From positions 325,220 to 389,219 of the forward strand of contig JAKMXF010000077.1 in assembly GCA_024704765.1 (NCBI GenBank): a stretch of 64,000 nt of DNA. The letters run 5' to 3'. This DNA is from Oopsacas minuta (taxonomy: Eukaryota; Animalia; Porifera). Shown in pieces: positions 63,271 through 64,000 of the stretch. Position numbers and translations under genes: made by a program. The notes beneath the pieces are model-generated. The model searched no databases and was not told the origin of the DNA. It saw only the letters and a program-made list of their open reading frames with translations. Within the stretch, counting starts at the first letter, position 1, and each line of letters opens with the position of its first letter.

Positions 63271-64000
63271 CAGGGTGACAAATAAGTTCTGTCCCATATG
63301 TTTGATGTAGTGTAGTTCCTTATTAAAGAACCAGATTAAACAGTTATAGTGTAAGATAAGTAACAATGTATATATTTAAGGTATTCAATGGTAATCTGTA
63401 CACTCTGAACAAGCTAAAAGATTCTAGGCAAAATGGAGAAGAATAGGGTGGCTATTGTTAAATTATATTTGCAAGGGAAAAGCCAAAGCGAAATATTGAA
63501 GATTCTCAATTTCCCCAAGTCGCGCAGGAAATTGATATATCGTACTATTAAAAGATATAAGGACACTGGTAGTACCTCAGACAGGCAGAGAAGTGGACGT
63601 CCAATATCTGCGACCACTACCCAGAAGAGAAAGGTTATCCGTAGTCGGATTCAGCGAAATCCGTAACGTTCGATGCGAAAAATGGCGCTAGAACTCAAAA
63701 TATCAAGAGAATCGGTCCGAACAATTGTGAAGAGCGATATGGGCCTATTTCCTTACAAAAAGAGGAAGGTTCACTTTATTTGCCACAGATTAAAGAAAAG
63801 AGACTAGCCAGGAGCAAGGCCTTACTCGCCCGGCTCGCAAGTTTTGGCCTTGATGAAATTTTATTCTCGGATGAGAAATTATTCACGGTCGAGCAGGCGC
63901 ACAATCGTCAAAACGATCGAGTATTGTCTCTTCTCCATCTTCCATACCACAAGAGTATCGATGCGTCCAAAGAGTTCAGCATCCTCAGTCAGTGATGGTT
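63271..64000 (+). mobile_element. maT-like Tc1/mariner element, 5' part (runs off window)
   Basis: TA|cagggtgacaaataagttctgtccca TIR. MEKNRVAIVKLY...RSGRP...RNP*, FSDEKLF and QNDR. Confidence 0.9.

Noticed and set aside
1-64000. CRISPR array, rRNA/tRNA, prokaryotic operon, or TnpB/Fanzor RNA-guided nuclease
   Set aside because: I saw no regularly spaced repeat-spacer array, RNA-gene signature, operon-like ORF density, or RuvC plus zinc-finger TnpB-type motif set.

Overview
AT-rich eukaryotic (probably invertebrate animal; the taxon cannot be fixed from sequence) DNA that is essentially a transposon graveyard. I see no intact host gene, rRNA, tRNA or CRISPR array. Recognisable content: mariner DD34D (3 copies), maT DD37D (4-5), a Tc1-like DD37E element, pogo/Tigger MITEs and a relic, several hAT lineages (Buster, GTF2IRD2-like, ZnF-TTF type, and a long-TIR hATm-like element with a 9-bp TSD), a THAP/P element, a PIF/Harbinger two-gene element, Academ-like XPG relics, CR1-like LINE relics, a Gypsy-like integrase relic, a foldback repeat family and a decayed myotubularin-like sequence. 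The standout is 19.2-24.2 kb. A young, apparently intact Chapaev transposon (127-bp TIRs with 3 mismatches, CACGG termini, 4-bp GATA TSD, uninterrupted 661-aa transposase with the RAG1-N-terminus-like Chapa zinc motif) sits inside a decayed RAG1/Transib-like transposase gene. That host gene keeps the RAG1-type catalytic motifs and an RKHLL segment resembling the RAG1 nonamer-binding domain. A Chapaev3 element lies 25 kb away inside a P > maT > Chapaev3 nest. All family calls come from manual motif recognition, with no database searches, and relic boundaries are approximate.
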